A DNA stretch of 58,270 nt from contig CAYTKF010000003.1 of NCBI GenBank assembly GCA_964438405.1, positions 1 to 58,270 on the forward strand. The letters are read 5' to 3'. The notes under the pieces are model-generated. The model saw only the letters and a program-made list of their open reading frames with translations. It searched no databases and had not been told where the DNA came from. The stretch is from an uncultured Candidatus Saccharibacteria bacterium (GTDB lineage: Bacteria > Patescibacteriota > Minisyncoccia > UBA9983). The translations under genes and the position numbers were made by a program. This document shows, one piece after another, positions 27,682 to 37,489 of the stretch. The first letter of the stretch is position 1, and each line of letters begins with the position of its first letter.

Positions 27682-28904
27682 TGCGATATTATTTTTTCAA
27701 TATTATATACGCCCATTTTTTCCGCCTCAATAAAACCCTGCATGGCTGCCTCGCTGAACCAGCCGGAATTAATCCCGTCAAAAAGCCATTCAGACGTATA
27801 ATCGGGATTTTCCTGGTCTCTGCCGGAACCCAAATTAAGCAGCCATTTTCTGTTAAAATCTTCTTGCGAGCCTATTGTTGGGGCAATTATAATGGGCAGG
27901 CCAATTGCCGTATAAAAAGACAATTCGCTTGGCTTAGTCCATAGAATATCGGTTTTTCTCAGGGCAGAGTTAAAGTTTTTAAAATAGTCATTAATATTAT
28001 CTCCGGAAATTATTTCTACATCACCATCAAAATATTTTTTTAGGCCAGTTTTTACACCGATAGAAATAATTATTTTTATTTCGTTGTTTTTAATTTTCTT
28101 TCTTAAGTTTTTAATTATTTTTAATGCAATATCTTTTTGGGCGCCGGCTCCGCCGATGGCAAACATCAGGGTCAGGGGATGGTCGGATTTTTCCGGCAGA
28201 TCGCCCAGGTAATTTTTTACCAAATCGTTGTATTTGCTTAGATATTTTTTCTGAGGGTCGAGATTTAAAATGCGATTCTTGAGATCATCTTTGTTTATAT
28301 TTTCTTTGGGCAAGGGATAGCCAGTGAGAAAAATATTTTCAGACCTGACGCCATATAGTTCTAATCTTTCCACTACTCTTTGGTTTGGTGCAAAATATTT
28401 TATTCTGCTTTTTTGCGGTTCCAGCGGAGCCCAGGTGCGGGAGACATCAGCGTCGCAGACAATGCAGAAAATTTCTCCGGGATAATTAAAAAATTCCGCC
28501 ATAAAGGCCGGAGTAAAAAAAGTACTGATAATGGGCAGGGGATTATTTTTTAATTTTTCTATTAAATCTTTGCCCCAGCCCTTTTTAATAAGAGCAAAAT
28601 TGTTTTTGAGAATAAAATTGGGTTCAGATAAGTCTCTTCTTGGATAAAAATTTAAAATTTTCTGGAAATAATCAAAGGCAAAAAAAACAGTGTTTCCAAT
28701 AATAGGCATCCTCTTGAACCTTGAAATAAATTCGTAAAATTTTTGATTGGACTGCCAGATTTTTTTATCTTTTAAGGGAATGCTTTCATAATCGTTGGCA
28801 TTGATAACTTTTTCATCCGGCGCCAAATACCGCAGGGGATAGGCAGTACGCTGGTGGCCATAGCCCATATTCACATCTATTATCCACGCTCTTGTTTTAT
28901 CCAT
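27669..28904 (-). CDS. GT-B glycosyltransferase-like protein (MGDG synthase-like)
   Basis: MGYGHQRTA, IGGAGAQ, TKPSELSF, PTIGSQEDFN motifs. Confidence 0.65.
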   Translation of the reverse strand: MDKTRAWIIDVNMGYGHQRTAYPLRYLAPDEKVINANDYESIPLKDKKIWQSNQKFYEFISRFKRMPIIGNTVFFAFDYFQKILNFYPRRDLSEPNFILKNNFALIKKGWGKDLIEKLKNNPLPIISTFFTPAFMAEFFNYPGEIFCIVCDADVSRTWAPLEPQKSRIKYFAPNQRVVERLELYGVRSENIFLTGYPLPKENINKDDLKNRILNLDPQKKYLSKYNDLVKNYLGDLPEKSDHPLTLMFAIGGAGAQKDIALKIIKNLRKKIKNNEIKIIISIGVKTGLKKYFDGDVEIISGDNINDYFKNFNSALRKTDILWTKPSELSFYTAIGLPIIIAPTIGSQEDFNRKWLLNLGSGRDQENPDYTSEWLFDGINSGWFSEAAMQGFIEAEKMGVYNIEKIISQCSG

Positions 28905-28940
28905 AGCTTTATTTTATCAGATGTGCTACAATAATTACAG

Positions 28941-28995
28941 GTTAGGCAGAGTTAGTCGTTCGCCTAACGTTTATTAAAAGTTTAAGTTAGGCGAA
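28941..28995 (+). promoter_or_regulatory. Putative two-state 5' UTR
   Basis: TTCGCCTAAC (28959-68) is complementary to both GTTAGGC (28941-47) and GTTAGGCGAA (28986-95, next to the ATG). Extended -10 TGCTACAAT at 28924-32. Confidence 0.5.
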
Positions 28996-28998
28996 TAA

Positions 28999-29193
28999 AT
29001 GGATTTTCAAAACAATCGCCCAAGACCGGACCTTATCGATGTTACCGCATTGGACATAAAATGTGCCAAATGCGCAAACCCCATTGATAAGCTTCCCTTC
29101 AATCCTACCAAAAAGGAGGATGGCACTTTTGGCACAATTTACTGCTATCAGTGCAACAAAGAGAGAAGGAGAGAAACCGGCAGGAGATTCTAA
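28999..29193 (+). CDS. Small Zn-ribbon protein (CxxC-x17-CxxC-like)
   Basis: CAKC...LPFNP...IYCYQC. Confidence 0.8.
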   Translation: MDFQNNRPRPDLIDVTALDIKCAKCANPIDKLPFNPTKKEDGTFGTIYCYQCNKERRRETGRRF

Positions 29194-29196
29194 ATT

Positions 29197-29229
29197 AAAA
29201 CAAAACCGCCGAAGAGGCGGTTTTGTTTT
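29197..29229. terminator. Bidirectional terminator
   Basis: AAAACAAAACCGCC-GAAGA-GGCGGTTTTGTTTT between convergent genes. Confidence 0.85.
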
Positions 29230-29233
29230 GGGA

Positions 29234-30952
29234 TTAAACTTCAATAAGCACCGGCAATACCATTGGTCTTCGTTTTGTTTTCTGGAACAGGAATTTGCCG
29301 ATTTTTTCGCGAAGCTGGTCTTTTATATAGGTCGTGTTGAGCGGATGCATTTTGGCTGATGCGTCTTCAACAGTTTTTCTTATCAAATATCTTGTGTGGC
29401 GCAATAATTCTTGAGATTCGCGCAGATAAATGAAACCGCGGGAAATTATATCCGGCGAGTTATTCACCTTGCCTGTCTGCGAATTAATGACCGTGATAAT
29501 CACGAAAATTCCGTCCTGGGCCAGCATCTGTCTGTCGCGCAGAACAACCTCTTTGACATCTCCCACGCCCAGGCCGTCAACCATCACATAATTGGAAGGC
29601 ACGCTTTCTTTGAGCACGTGAATTTTTTCTTTGGTTGCCTCTATGATTGCTCCGTTGTTAAAGGGAATGGCAATATTTTCCTTTGGCATGCCCATGGATT
29701 CCATCAGGTCCGCGTTTGTCTTGAGCATGAAATAATAGCCGTGAATGGGAATTAAAAATTTTGGCCTTAACAGCTTAACCATCAATTTAAGTTCTTCTTG
29801 ATAGGCGTGTCCTGAGGCGTGAACTTCAGCCACCTTATAATGAACAATGTGCGCGCCCTGCCGGGCAAGATTGTCTTTTAAATTTTGGATGCTTCTTTCA
29901 TTGCCGGGAATGACAGATGAAGACAAAATTACTGTATCGTCTTTTTGAATTTTTATATATTTGTGTTTGCGGTTGGCAATACGCATCAGGGCTGCGTTTT
30001 CCTCGCCCTGGGCTCCGGTGCAGATAACCAGAATTTTTTCAGACGGGTAATCATTGATGCGGTCGCTGGAAATGATAGCATCTTTTTTTGCTTTAAAATA
30101 TCCGAGTTCAGCCGCAATCTCCACGTTAGCTTTCATACTAAAACCATCAATTGCCACCTTTCTACCCAAGCGGTCTGCTATTTTTATAAGCTCAATAATT
30201 CTTTCCAGTTGGGAAGAAAAAGTTCCGGTAATGACACGACCTTTTGCCTCGCTGATTATTTTTTCTAGATTTCTATGCACTGATTTTTCTGATATGGAAA
30301 TACCCGGCGCCTCTGAATTGGTGCTTTCCATAAGAAGAACCAGGTTTTTTTCTCTGCCAAGCTGAGCATAGCCCTCAATGCGAAGGGGATTACCCTTGGC
30401 GTCATGTTCTATTTTAAAGTCGCCGGGGTAAATGACATTGCCTAATGGAGTTTCTATAATTGTGCCGATTGCGTCCGGAATGGTGTGTGTGATGTCAAAA
30501 AATCTCGCCCTTAATCTGCCGAGCTGGACTTTATCCGTTGATTTAATTTCATCAATATGCAAAGTCGGCGCATGGGGAAATTCTTCCTGTCTCTTTAAAA
30601 TCATGGCCTTTGTGAGCTTAGTAGTATAAATGGGCGGATAACCAAGCTTGTCCATTAAATAGGGAATGGCGCCAACATGATCCATATGCCCGTGGCTTAT
30701 AATAAGGCCGCGGATTTTGTTTTTTTTGGCCTCAAGATATTTGGTGTTGGGAATAATATAATCAATGCCCGGGGTTTCCTCAATGGGAAATTGCAAACCA
30801 GCGTCAATGACAACAATGTCATTGCCGTATTCTATAACCGTCATATTTCTGCCGATTTCCTCAACTCCGCCGAGCGGAATGATGCGAATCGGCTCTTCTC
30901 TTTTAGCGTGGACCGTGTGGATTGCATGCAATCCGTGTGTTTTTTCTGGCAT
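29234..30952 (-). CDS. rnj: Ribonuclease J
   Basis: IPLGGVEEIGRNM, SHGHMDH, HTIPD, GDFK, TGAQGE, HASGHA, RRPMVLP. Confidence 0.96.
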   Translation of the reverse strand: MPEKTHGLHAIHTVHAKREEPIRIIPLGGVEEIGRNMTVIEYGNDIVVIDAGLQFPIEETPGIDYIIPNTKYLEAKKNKIRGLIISHGHMDHVGAIPYLMDKLGYPPIYTTKLTKAMILKRQEEFPHAPTLHIDEIKSTDKVQLGRLRARFFDITHTIPDAIGTIIETPLGNVIYPGDFKIEHDAKGNPLRIEGYAQLGREKNLVLLMESTNSEAPGISISEKSVHRNLEKIISEAKGRVITGTFSSQLERIIELIKIADRLGRKVAIDGFSMKANVEIAAELGYFKAKKDAIISSDRINDYPSEKILVICTGAQGEENAALMRIANRKHKYIKIQKDDTVILSSSVIPGNERSIQNLKDNLARQGAHIVHYKVAEVHASGHAYQEELKLMVKLLRPKFLIPIHGYYFMLKTNADLMESMGMPKENIAIPFNNGAIIEATKEKIHVLKESVPSNYVMVDGLGVGDVKEVVLRDRQMLAQDGIFVIITVINSQTGKVNNSPDIISRGFIYLRESQELLRHTRYLIRKTVEDASAKMHPLNTTYIKDQLREKIGKFLFQKTKRRPMVLPVLIEV

Positions 30953-31007
30953 TAGAGATTAATAATGATAATTCAATTATATACTATTAAAAATAAAAAA
31001 GCAAGGT

Positions 31008-31862
31008 CTATTCATTATAATAAGATCTTCGTAATTGACCGCAGCCGGCGCCAACATCGGTCCCAGCCGAATAAAATCTGCAGGTTTTTATTCCGTTGGA
31101 ATTCAGTATTTTTTCAAACATTTTGAATTTTTCTTCGCCGGAAGGTTTTAGATTTTTAATTTCGTTTAAATTCGACAATTTTACCGTAAATGGATATTTT
31201 TTTAATAATTTTACCAGTTGGAGGGCACATTTTTTTGAATCATTGATATTTTTAATCAAGACATAAACTACTTTTGCGGGGATTTTTCTTATTAAAGAAA
31301 AATATTTTAAGGCGTCAAGCGCAGGTTTTATTTTGCCGGCGTTTGGCAGGATTTTTTTGCGCAGGGCGTCGGTCGGCGCCTGAAACGATAATTGCAATTT
31401 TAACAAGGTGTTAATTTTTTCGCGGGCCAATTTTTTTATTAAATCAGGTTTTATGCCAGTTGTGCAAAGGGTTGTTCTTGAGTTTGGAAACAGTCTAGTT
31501 AAAGTTTTTACACTCTTTATTACATTTTTGTAATTTAAAAACGGCTCGCCCATACCAAAATAAGAAAACAATATTCTTTTAGATTTTAATCTATTTTTGC
31601 TTATAAAATTCAAAACATTTTTAACCTCAGCAACTATTTCATTGTATGTTAAATTGCGGATAAAACCTTTTTTACTCGTACCAACCGGCAGAGTTGTTGC
31701 ACAACAAATACAGCCCATACAGCATCCTATCTGTGTAGAGATACAAAGAATATTTTCATCAAGATTATAATATCCAGTTTCAATAATGTGTCCGTCTATG
31801 GTTTGTTGAAGAAACTTGACTGTGTGTCCGTCTTTAGATTTTAATTGTTTTATTATTTTCAT
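31008..31862 (-). CDS. RlmN/Cfr-family radical SAM RNA methyltransferase, N-terminally short
   Basis: IETG, CISTQIGCxxGCxxC, GMGEPFLN, AGCGQL. Confidence 0.8.
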   Translation of the reverse strand: MKIIKQLKSKDGHTVKFLQQTIDGHIIETGYYNLDENILCISTQIGCCMGCICCATTLPVGTSKKGFIRNLTYNEIVAEVKNVLNFISKNRLKSKRILFSYFGMGEPFLNYKNVIKSVKTLTRLFPNSRTTLCTTGIKPDLIKKLAREKINTLLKLQLSFQAPTDALRKKILPNAGKIKPALDALKYFSLIRKIPAKVVYVLIKNINDSKKCALQLVKLLKKYPFTVKLSNLNEIKNLKPSGEEKFKMFEKILNSNGIKTCRFYSAGTDVGAGCGQLRRSYYNE

Positions 31863-31869
31863 TATCAAA

Positions 31870-31953
31870 TGGGCGCGAGAGGATTTGAACCTCCACTAGA
31901 TTGCTCTAACTGGCTCCTGAAGCCAGCGCGTCTGCCAGTTCCGCCACGCGCCC
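31870..31953 (-). tRNA. tRNA-Leu(CAG)
   Basis: Acceptor GGGCGCG/CGCGCCC, CTGGC-TTCAGGA-GCCAG, long variable arm. Confidence 0.95.
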
Positions 31954-31957
31954 GTTG

Positions 31958-32449
31958 CTATATTCTTTCGTATAACCTTTCTATTGTCAAAAGGTCGCTG
32001 TATTGCTCTGGTTTTGTTAAAAATTCCAGATTTTCTAATTCTTTTGGCACTTGTTTGGGTTTTAGTTTTATCGGCTCCTGCAAATTTTTAAAAGCGTCGT
32101 AATTATTTTTTACTTCATCGCTAATCCAGTTAGAAATAATTAATTCTTTATCGCCGGACGGATTTATTGTTCTCATGCTGAAACCGGGCGGAAAAACTAT
32201 TTTGTCTTTTTCTTTTGCCTCTATTATATATGTTTTTGAAGCATCGGGATTTTGCGTTAAAAATTGTGCCTCTCCGGATTGCACTTCATAAATCTCCGGT
32301 TCGTTGCCAATGTGATAATGTCCTGCTGTTTGGCGGCCAGGGAAAAGCAGTGTTAAATCATAGCGTAAGCCGCCCTGACGATTCACGTCTCTGCATACAT
32401 CATAACCGTTTTTATGTTCTAATTTTCCTTTGGCGCAAAAATTTTCCAT
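31958..32449 (-). CDS. Cupin-type glucose-6-phosphate isomerase-like protein
   Basis: RYDLTLLFPG, TAGHYH, EIYEVQSGEA cupin metal motif. Confidence 0.7.
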   Translation of the reverse strand: MENFCAKGKLEHKNGYDVCRDVNRQGGLRYDLTLLFPGRQTAGHYHIGNEPEIYEVQSGEAQFLTQNPDASKTYIIEAKEKDKIVFPPGFSMRTINPSGDKELIISNWISDEVKNNYDAFKNLQEPIKLKPKQVPKELENLEFLTKPEQYSDLLTIERLYERI

Positions 32450-34137
32450 ACTTTATCTGTTTTAATATACCATTTATAGACCTGGGAAAAACGTTCCGAG
32501 GAGACGGTGATGGCCTTCAAATTTTCCGTGCCCATGATTGAATTTGATATTAAATATAAAAAGTTAGGAGAAAACAAAAAGACAGCAGGAATATCTTTTA
32601 CAAGTTCTTGCTGAAATTGTTCATATTTTTGCTTTCTTAATTTTTCATCTGTTGTTGTCCGCGCATCCTCTAAAAGTTTGTCAACATTCGTATTGGTGTA
32701 AAGCGCGATGTTCAGGCCCGGGTCGTTTCTTTGCGATGAATGCCAGAAGGCAAACGGGTCTGGATCTCGTCCCACCACCTCGCCGAAAAGCAGGGCATCA
32801 TATTTTCTGGGCCGGATGATATTCTGGTTAAGATCGCCGATTTCAAAAACATTAACGGTAACTTTTGCCCCAAGGCTAGTCCAATTATTTTTGACTATTT
32901 CTGCAGCTGCCTTAAGGTCTGAGGCGTCTGAAGTGGCAAGGGAAAATTCCAGACGCATTGTTTCTTTTTTAAGCCTTTTTTCCCAGACGCTATCTTTATC
33001 ATTAAATGTCCAGCCGTTGTTTTGCAGAATTTTTTTGGCATTATCTATGGAGAAATTATCAGTGGAAGTGGAATTTATGGCGCCGAATGAACCCGGTGGA
33101 ATGGGAAAGTCAAGTTCCGCACCATAACCAAGAAGAACATCGTTAATTATTTTTTTCTTGTCCGTTGCCATATTCAATGCCTCTCTGACTTCTTTTTGGG
33201 CAAATATTTTATTGTTGTTTTGGTTAAAGAAGACTGCAAAAATTCTGGGAAGAAAAAGAGTCTTTAGGTCTTTGTTTCCTCTTTTTATGTCTTTAACAAG
33301 AGAAGGGGAAAGAGCGCTTATGTTGTCTATATCACCTTTTTGATAGGCGGATAAAAGATCTTTTTCTGAAACGTAAAAATTCATTATTATATTCGAGATG
33401 TAAGGTTCTTTTAAACTAAAATCGCTGTTTGATGAAAGCTCATAAGAGGTTACGATGCCTGAGGAATTCCTGTTGATTTTATTTACCTTATAAAGTCCGG
33501 AGCCGATGGGGTCAGTATTAAATTCACTGAAAACCATTTGGTCAGACGTTGCTCCCTGCCAGATATGTTTGGGTAAAATACCCATAATTGTATTTTCCAA
33601 AAATGGCGTGTAAGGTTTTTTAAGAGTAAATTTTATTGTCCGGTCGTCTATTTTTTCTGCATCAACTCCTTCCCAGTTGGGCCGTTTCGGGCTTTTTAGA
33701 TTAGGGTCTGTTACTTGTTGAATAGTAAAAATAATATCGTCGCTGGTCAATGGTTTGCCGTCGTTCCACTTAAGATTATCTTTCAGTATAAAAGTATATG
33801 TTAGGCCGTCTTTGGAAACATCAACTTTTTCCGCAAGGTCGGGAATAAGTCCGCCGTCCCCATCAGGACGCATCAGGCCAGAATAGATCAGGGCTGTCAT
33901 GTCTCTGTCCGCGTCTGATATGGCCAAAAGGGGATTGATGAACCGCGGAGTGCCGATTACGCCTTCGGATATTGTGCCCCCATGGCTAGGAACTTCCTTC
34001 AGAAAAAGATTTTCCAGTTTCCACACGCCAATAATTATGCTGATTACAAAAATAATAAATAAAACAAAAAAAATAACTTTTTCTTTTAAGGAAAAGCTTC
34101 TTAGAGCATAAACAAATCTAAAGAGATTTTTATTCAT
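32419..34137 (-). CDS. ABC transporter peptide-binding protein (family 5)
   Basis: N-terminal TM, GTPRFINP, IYSGL, PDLAEK, W-DGKPLTSDD, PIGSG, DPDPFAFWHSSQ. Confidence 0.92.
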   Translation of the reverse strand: MNKNLFRFVYALRSFSLKEKVIFFVLFIIFVISIIIGVWKLENLFLKEVPSHGGTISEGVIGTPRFINPLLAISDADRDMTALIYSGLMRPDGDGGLIPDLAEKVDVSKDGLTYTFILKDNLKWNDGKPLTSDDIIFTIQQVTDPNLKSPKRPNWEGVDAEKIDDRTIKFTLKKPYTPFLENTIMGILPKHIWQGATSDQMVFSEFNTDPIGSGLYKVNKINRNSSGIVTSYELSSNSDFSLKEPYISNIIMNFYVSEKDLLSAYQKGDIDNISALSPSLVKDIKRGNKDLKTLFLPRIFAVFFNQNNNKIFAQKEVREALNMATDKKKIINDVLLGYGAELDFPIPPGSFGAINSTSTDNFSIDNAKKILQNNGWTFNDKDSVWEKRLKKETMRLEFSLATSDASDLKAAAEIVKNNWTSLGAKVTVNVFEIGDLNQNIIRPRKYDALLFGEVVGRDPDPFAFWHSSQRNDPGLNIALYTNTNVDKLLEDARTTTDEKLRKQKYEQFQQELVKDIPAVFLFSPNFLYLISNSIMGTENLKAITVSSERFSQVYKWYIKTDKVWKIFAPKEN

Positions 34138-34145
34138 TTATAATT

Positions 34146-34370
34146 TTATTTTATAAGAAGGGCTATGATAGTCAAACCAGCGAAGAGAATACTCAAAACA
34201 ATGGTGGCAATGAATAAAATTTTTTCAAAACCTCGGCGGACAAAATAAGAGGCTCCGCCTCCGCCGAATGAACCGCCCAAACTGCTTCCCCTTTGCTGGA
34301 GCAGAATTACCGTAATCAAAAGTCCGCAGACAACAATCTGGGAAACGGAAATAATAAAAGAAATAGACAT
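34146..34370 (-). CDS. secG: Preprotein translocase subunit SecG
   Basis: ILLQQRGSSLGGSFGG...RRGFEKILF with two TM helices. Confidence 0.93.
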   Translation of the reverse strand: MSISFIISVSQIVVCGLLITVILLQQRGSSLGGSFGGGGASYFVRRGFEKILFIATIVLSILFAGLTIIALLIK

Positions 34371-34467
34371 TAATTAGTATTATAAACCCCCGCGCCCCCC
34401 TTATCAAGGGGACAAAAGAAAAAGCCCTCCTCCTTGCGGATTCGGGTAATATGGAATTCTCTAAAGA

Positions 34468-34644
34468 TTAATCCTCTCCGCCCTGATAAGTTGTAGGCGG
34501 CATTCCATGTGCAACGCAAAAATAAGATAATCGTGGCAAACCCTTTTTTTCTCGTTCTTGATTCACACGATCAAGAGTTTCTTGGGGTGTTTCTTTTTTG
34601 GGGGGTTCGTAAGGAACCCCGCCATGCTCACTGAAATGTCCCAT
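34468..34644 (-). CDS. Small hypothetical protein
   Basis: ORF MGHFSEHGG...YFCVAHG; SD-like GGAGG upstream of 34644. No family recognised. Confidence 0.4.
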   Translation of the reverse strand: MGHFSEHGGVPYEPPKKETPQETLDRVNQEREKKGLPRLSYFCVAHGMPPTTYQGGED

Positions 34645-34682
34645 GTTAACCTCCAATTTGAAACTAGCATATGCATGCGTTC

Positions 34683-34710
34683 TTGACAAGGGTTTAATTT
34701 TTCTTAAAAT
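34683..34710 (+). promoter_or_regulatory. Sigma70 promoter of groES-groEL
   Basis: TTGACA-16nt-TAAAAT, 8 nt before the ATG; no CIRCE element seen. Confidence 0.65.
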
Positions 34711-34718
34711 ATCTTTGT

Positions 34719-35027
34719 ATGACTAAAATAAAACCTTTACATAATAATGTTCTTATTGAACTTCTTTCTGATGAGGAGCGAGGCGCTGGCTCGAAAACCA
34801 AGAGCGGGATTTTGATTCCCGAAACTATTAATAAAGAAAAACCAGACCAGGGCAAGATTGTGGAAATCGGTCCGGGTAAGAGCGATGCCAACGGGAAAAT
34901 TATTCCCATGTCAGTTAAAAAGGGTCAGAGAATTATTTTTTCAAAGTATAGTCCCGACGAGATAAAATTGAATAATAAGAAGTATTGTATTATTAGTGAG
35001 GAAAATATATTAGCAATTATTGAATAA
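34719..35027 (+). CDS. groES: Co-chaperonin GroES
   Basis: IKPLHNNV, KSGILIPET, GKIVEIGPG, SVKKG, FSKY. Confidence 0.94.
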   Translation: MTKIKPLHNNVLIELLSDEERGAGSKTKSGILIPETINKEKPDQGKIVEIGPGKSDANGKIIPMSVKKGQRIIFSKYSPDEIKLNNKKYCIISEENILAIIE

Positions 35028-35088
35028 TACAAATCAACGAATGATTTACGAATGCAACAAATATTCGTGTCATTCGTCAAAATTTGTA
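35028..35088. repeat. Palindromic heptamer array between groES and groEL
   Basis: Direct units TACAAAT, AACGAAT, TACGAAT, AACAAAT followed by inverted units ATTCGT, ATTCGT, ATTTGTA. Confidence 0.7.
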
Positions 35089-35098
35089 GATTAGCATT

Positions 35099-36736
35099 AT
35101 GTCCAAACAAATTGTTTTTAATGAAAAAGCTCGTCAGGCCTTGAAGGCCGGCATTGACGCTGTCAGCGAGGCGGTAAAAATCACGCTCGGCCCAAAAGGC
35201 AGAAATGTTGTTTTGGAAAAGGGTTATGGCGCACCGACAATCACCAACGACGGCGTTACCATTGCCAAGGAAATTGAGCTGGAAGACAAAATTGAAAACA
35301 TGGGAGCCGAAATTGCAAAAGAAGTCGCCTCTAAGACCAATGATATTGCCGGTGACGGCACAACAACTGCCGTTGTTTTAACTCAGGCCATCGTGGCACA
35401 AGGGCTTAAGGCTGCTGTCTTGGGTACAAATCCCATGGCTATCCGTCATGGCATAGACAAGGCAAAAGATAATGTTGTTGATGCACTCAAAAAAATGGCC
35501 AAACCAATTAAGAGTAAAGAAGAAGTTGGACAGGTTGCCACTATTGCTGCAGAATCAGAAGAAATCGGCGCAATTATTGCCGAGGCCATAGACAAGGTAA
35601 GCAAAGACGGAGTTATAACCGTTGAGGAGTCGCAGTCTTTCGGCGTTGAAAGCGAGGTGGTTAAGGGTTTGCAGTTTGATAAGGGTTATGTTTCGCACTA
35701 TATGATAACCAGCGCTGATACAATGGAAGCTGTTTACGAAGATATTTTAATTTTAATCACTGACAAGAAGATTTCTTCTATAAATGAAATTTTGCCTCTC
35801 ATAGAAAAATTGGCCAAAACAGGCAAAAAAGAATTGATGATTATTGCGGAAGATGTTGATGGTGATGCATTGGCCACCCTTGTTGTAAATAAAATCAGGG
35901 GAATTTTTAATACGCTGGCTGTAAAGGCGCCGGGTTATGGCGACAGAAAAAAAGAAATGCTTCAGGATATTGCTGTTGTCACCGGCGGGAAAATTGTTTC
36001 CGAAGAACTTGGCATAAAATTGGAAAATGCGGATTTGAATATGCTGGGCAGGGCGAGAAAAATTATTGCCACAAAAGACAACACCACCATTGTCGGCGGA
36101 AAGGGTAAAAAACAGGAAATTGACGAACGCGTGGCTCAGGTTAGAAAACAAATTGAAAAAAGCGATTCTGAATTTGATAAAGAAAAACTGCAGGAGCGTC
36201 TCGCCAAGCTCATCGGCGGAGTGGCTGTTATAAAAGTTGGCGCTGCCACGGAAACAGAGATGAAATATTTAAAGATGAAAATTGAAGACGCTGTTAATGC
36301 GACAAAGGCAGCTGTTGATGAAGGAATTGTTGCTGGCGGAGGCACTGCGCTTATAAAGGCGGGAGAAATTGCCAAAAGTAAAAAGGTTGCAGGTGAGAGC
36401 AGCGAGTTTAATGTAGGTTATGAAATATTACTGAAATCACTTGAGGAACCATTAAGGCAAATTGTGATGAACGCGGGCAAAAGCGATCCTGGAGTGATTG
36501 TCAATAATATCAGGGCATCCAAAAACACCAATCCCGGCTATGATGCTTTGGCTGACAAAGAAATTGATGATATGATAAAGGCAGGCATTATTGACCCGGT
36601 TAAGGTGACGCGCACTGCTCTTGAGAACGCCGCATCAGCGGCAGCCATGCTTTTAACCACAGAAGTGGCAGTGGCAGAAATTCCCAAACCAGCCCAGGGC
36701 GGGCCAATGCCGCCCAACCCAGGAATGGATTATTAG
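35099..36736 (+). CDS. groEL: Chaperonin GroEL
   Basis: [45 protein letters not shown]. Confidence 0.98.
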   Translation: MSKQIVFNEKARQALKAGIDAVSEAVKITLGPKGRNVVLEKGYGAPTITNDGVTIAKEIELEDKIENMGAEIAKEVASKTNDIAGDGTTTAVVLTQAIVAQGLKAAVLGTNPMAIRHGIDKAKDNVVDALKKMAKPIKSKEEVGQVATIAAESEEIGAIIAEAIDKVSKDGVITVEESQSFGVESEVVKGLQFDKGYVSHYMITSADTMEAVYEDILILITDKKISSINEILPLIEKLAKTGKKELMIIAEDVDGDALATLVVNKIRGIFNTLAVKAPGYGDRKKEMLQDIAVVTGGKIVSEELGIKLENADLNMLGRARKIIATKDNTTIVGGKGKKQEIDERVAQVRKQIEKSDSEFDKEKLQERLAKLIGGVAVIKVGAATETEMKYLKMKIEDAVNATKAAVDEGIVAGGGTALIKAGEIAKSKKVAGESSEFNVGYEILLKSLEEPLRQIVMNAGKSDPGVIVNNIRASKNTNPGYDALADKEIDDMIKAGIIDPVKVTRTALENAASAAAMLLTTEVAVAEIPKPAQGGPMPPNPGMDY

Positions 36737-36752
36737 TAAAAAATTATAATTT

Positions 36753-37310
36753 ATGATATCTATTTCTTTCGTAACTATTGCGATTATCGCAGTTATAGCC
36801 CTTTGGTTTGTTTTTGTTTATAACAGTTTTGTTCGTCTTGTTAACCGTGCCAAAGAGGCGTGGTCAGACATTGAGGTACAGTTAAAGAGGCGATACGATT
36901 TAATTCCCAATTTAGTGGAAACAGTCAAGGGTTACGCGGCTCATGAGTCCGGGGTTTTTCAAAAAGTTACAGAAGCCAGAACTCGGGCCATGGGAGCGAG
37001 CGGAATGGCGGACAAGGCAGCGGCGGAAAATCAGCTTGCAGGAGCGCTCAAAACTTTGTTTGCTGTTTCAGAAAATTATCCGCAATTGAGAGCTTCGGAA
37101 AATTTTAAGGCCCTGCAGGATGAATTAACTGATACGGAAGATAAAATTCAGGCAGCGCGGAGATTTTACAATGGCAATGTCCGCGACCTCAACATAATGA
37201 TAGAATCTTTTCCAGCCAATATCATTGCCGGAATGTTTAACGTTTCCAAAATGGAATTTTTTGAAACAGAAGGCGGAGCCGAGCGCGAACCGGTGGCAGT
37301 AAAATTTTAA
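36753..37310 (+). CDS. lemA: LemA family protein
   Basis: YNSFV, WSDIEVQLKRRYDLIPNLV, ENYPQLRAS, ARRFYN. Confidence 0.95.
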   Translation: MISISFVTIAIIAVIALWFVFVYNSFVRLVNRAKEAWSDIEVQLKRRYDLIPNLVETVKGYAAHESGVFQKVTEARTRAMGASGMADKAAAENQLAGALKTLFAVSENYPQLRASENFKALQDELTDTEDKIQAARRFYNGNVRDLNIMIESFPANIIAGMFNVSKMEFFETEGGAEREPVAVKF

Positions 37311-37319
37311 TCTAAAAAT

Positions 37320-37454
37320 ATGTTTGATAAGATCGTTGAAAAGATAAGAAAAATTTTTATTTACTGCTTTTATGTTTTTTTAATTTTATTAGGGGCGACA
37401 ATTTTCTTTTTGGGTGTTCAAGAATTATTATCTTTATGCTGGTGGTCTTGTTAG
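37320..37454 (+). CDS. Putative 44-aa single-TM peptide (below the ORF-track cutoff)
   Basis: MFDKIVEKIRKIFIYCFYVFLILLGATIFFLGVQELLSLCWWSC*; ATG 9 nt after the lemA stop. Confidence 0.4.
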   Translation: MFDKIVEKIRKIFIYCFYVFLILLGATIFFLGVQELLSLCWWSC

Positions 37455-37489
37455 ATTGTTTTTTAGAAAATTTGTGATATTATATAATT

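Noticed and set aside
34650-34718. CIRCE/HrcA operator for groES-groEL
   Set aside because: No TTAGCACTC-N9-GAGTGCTAA found.
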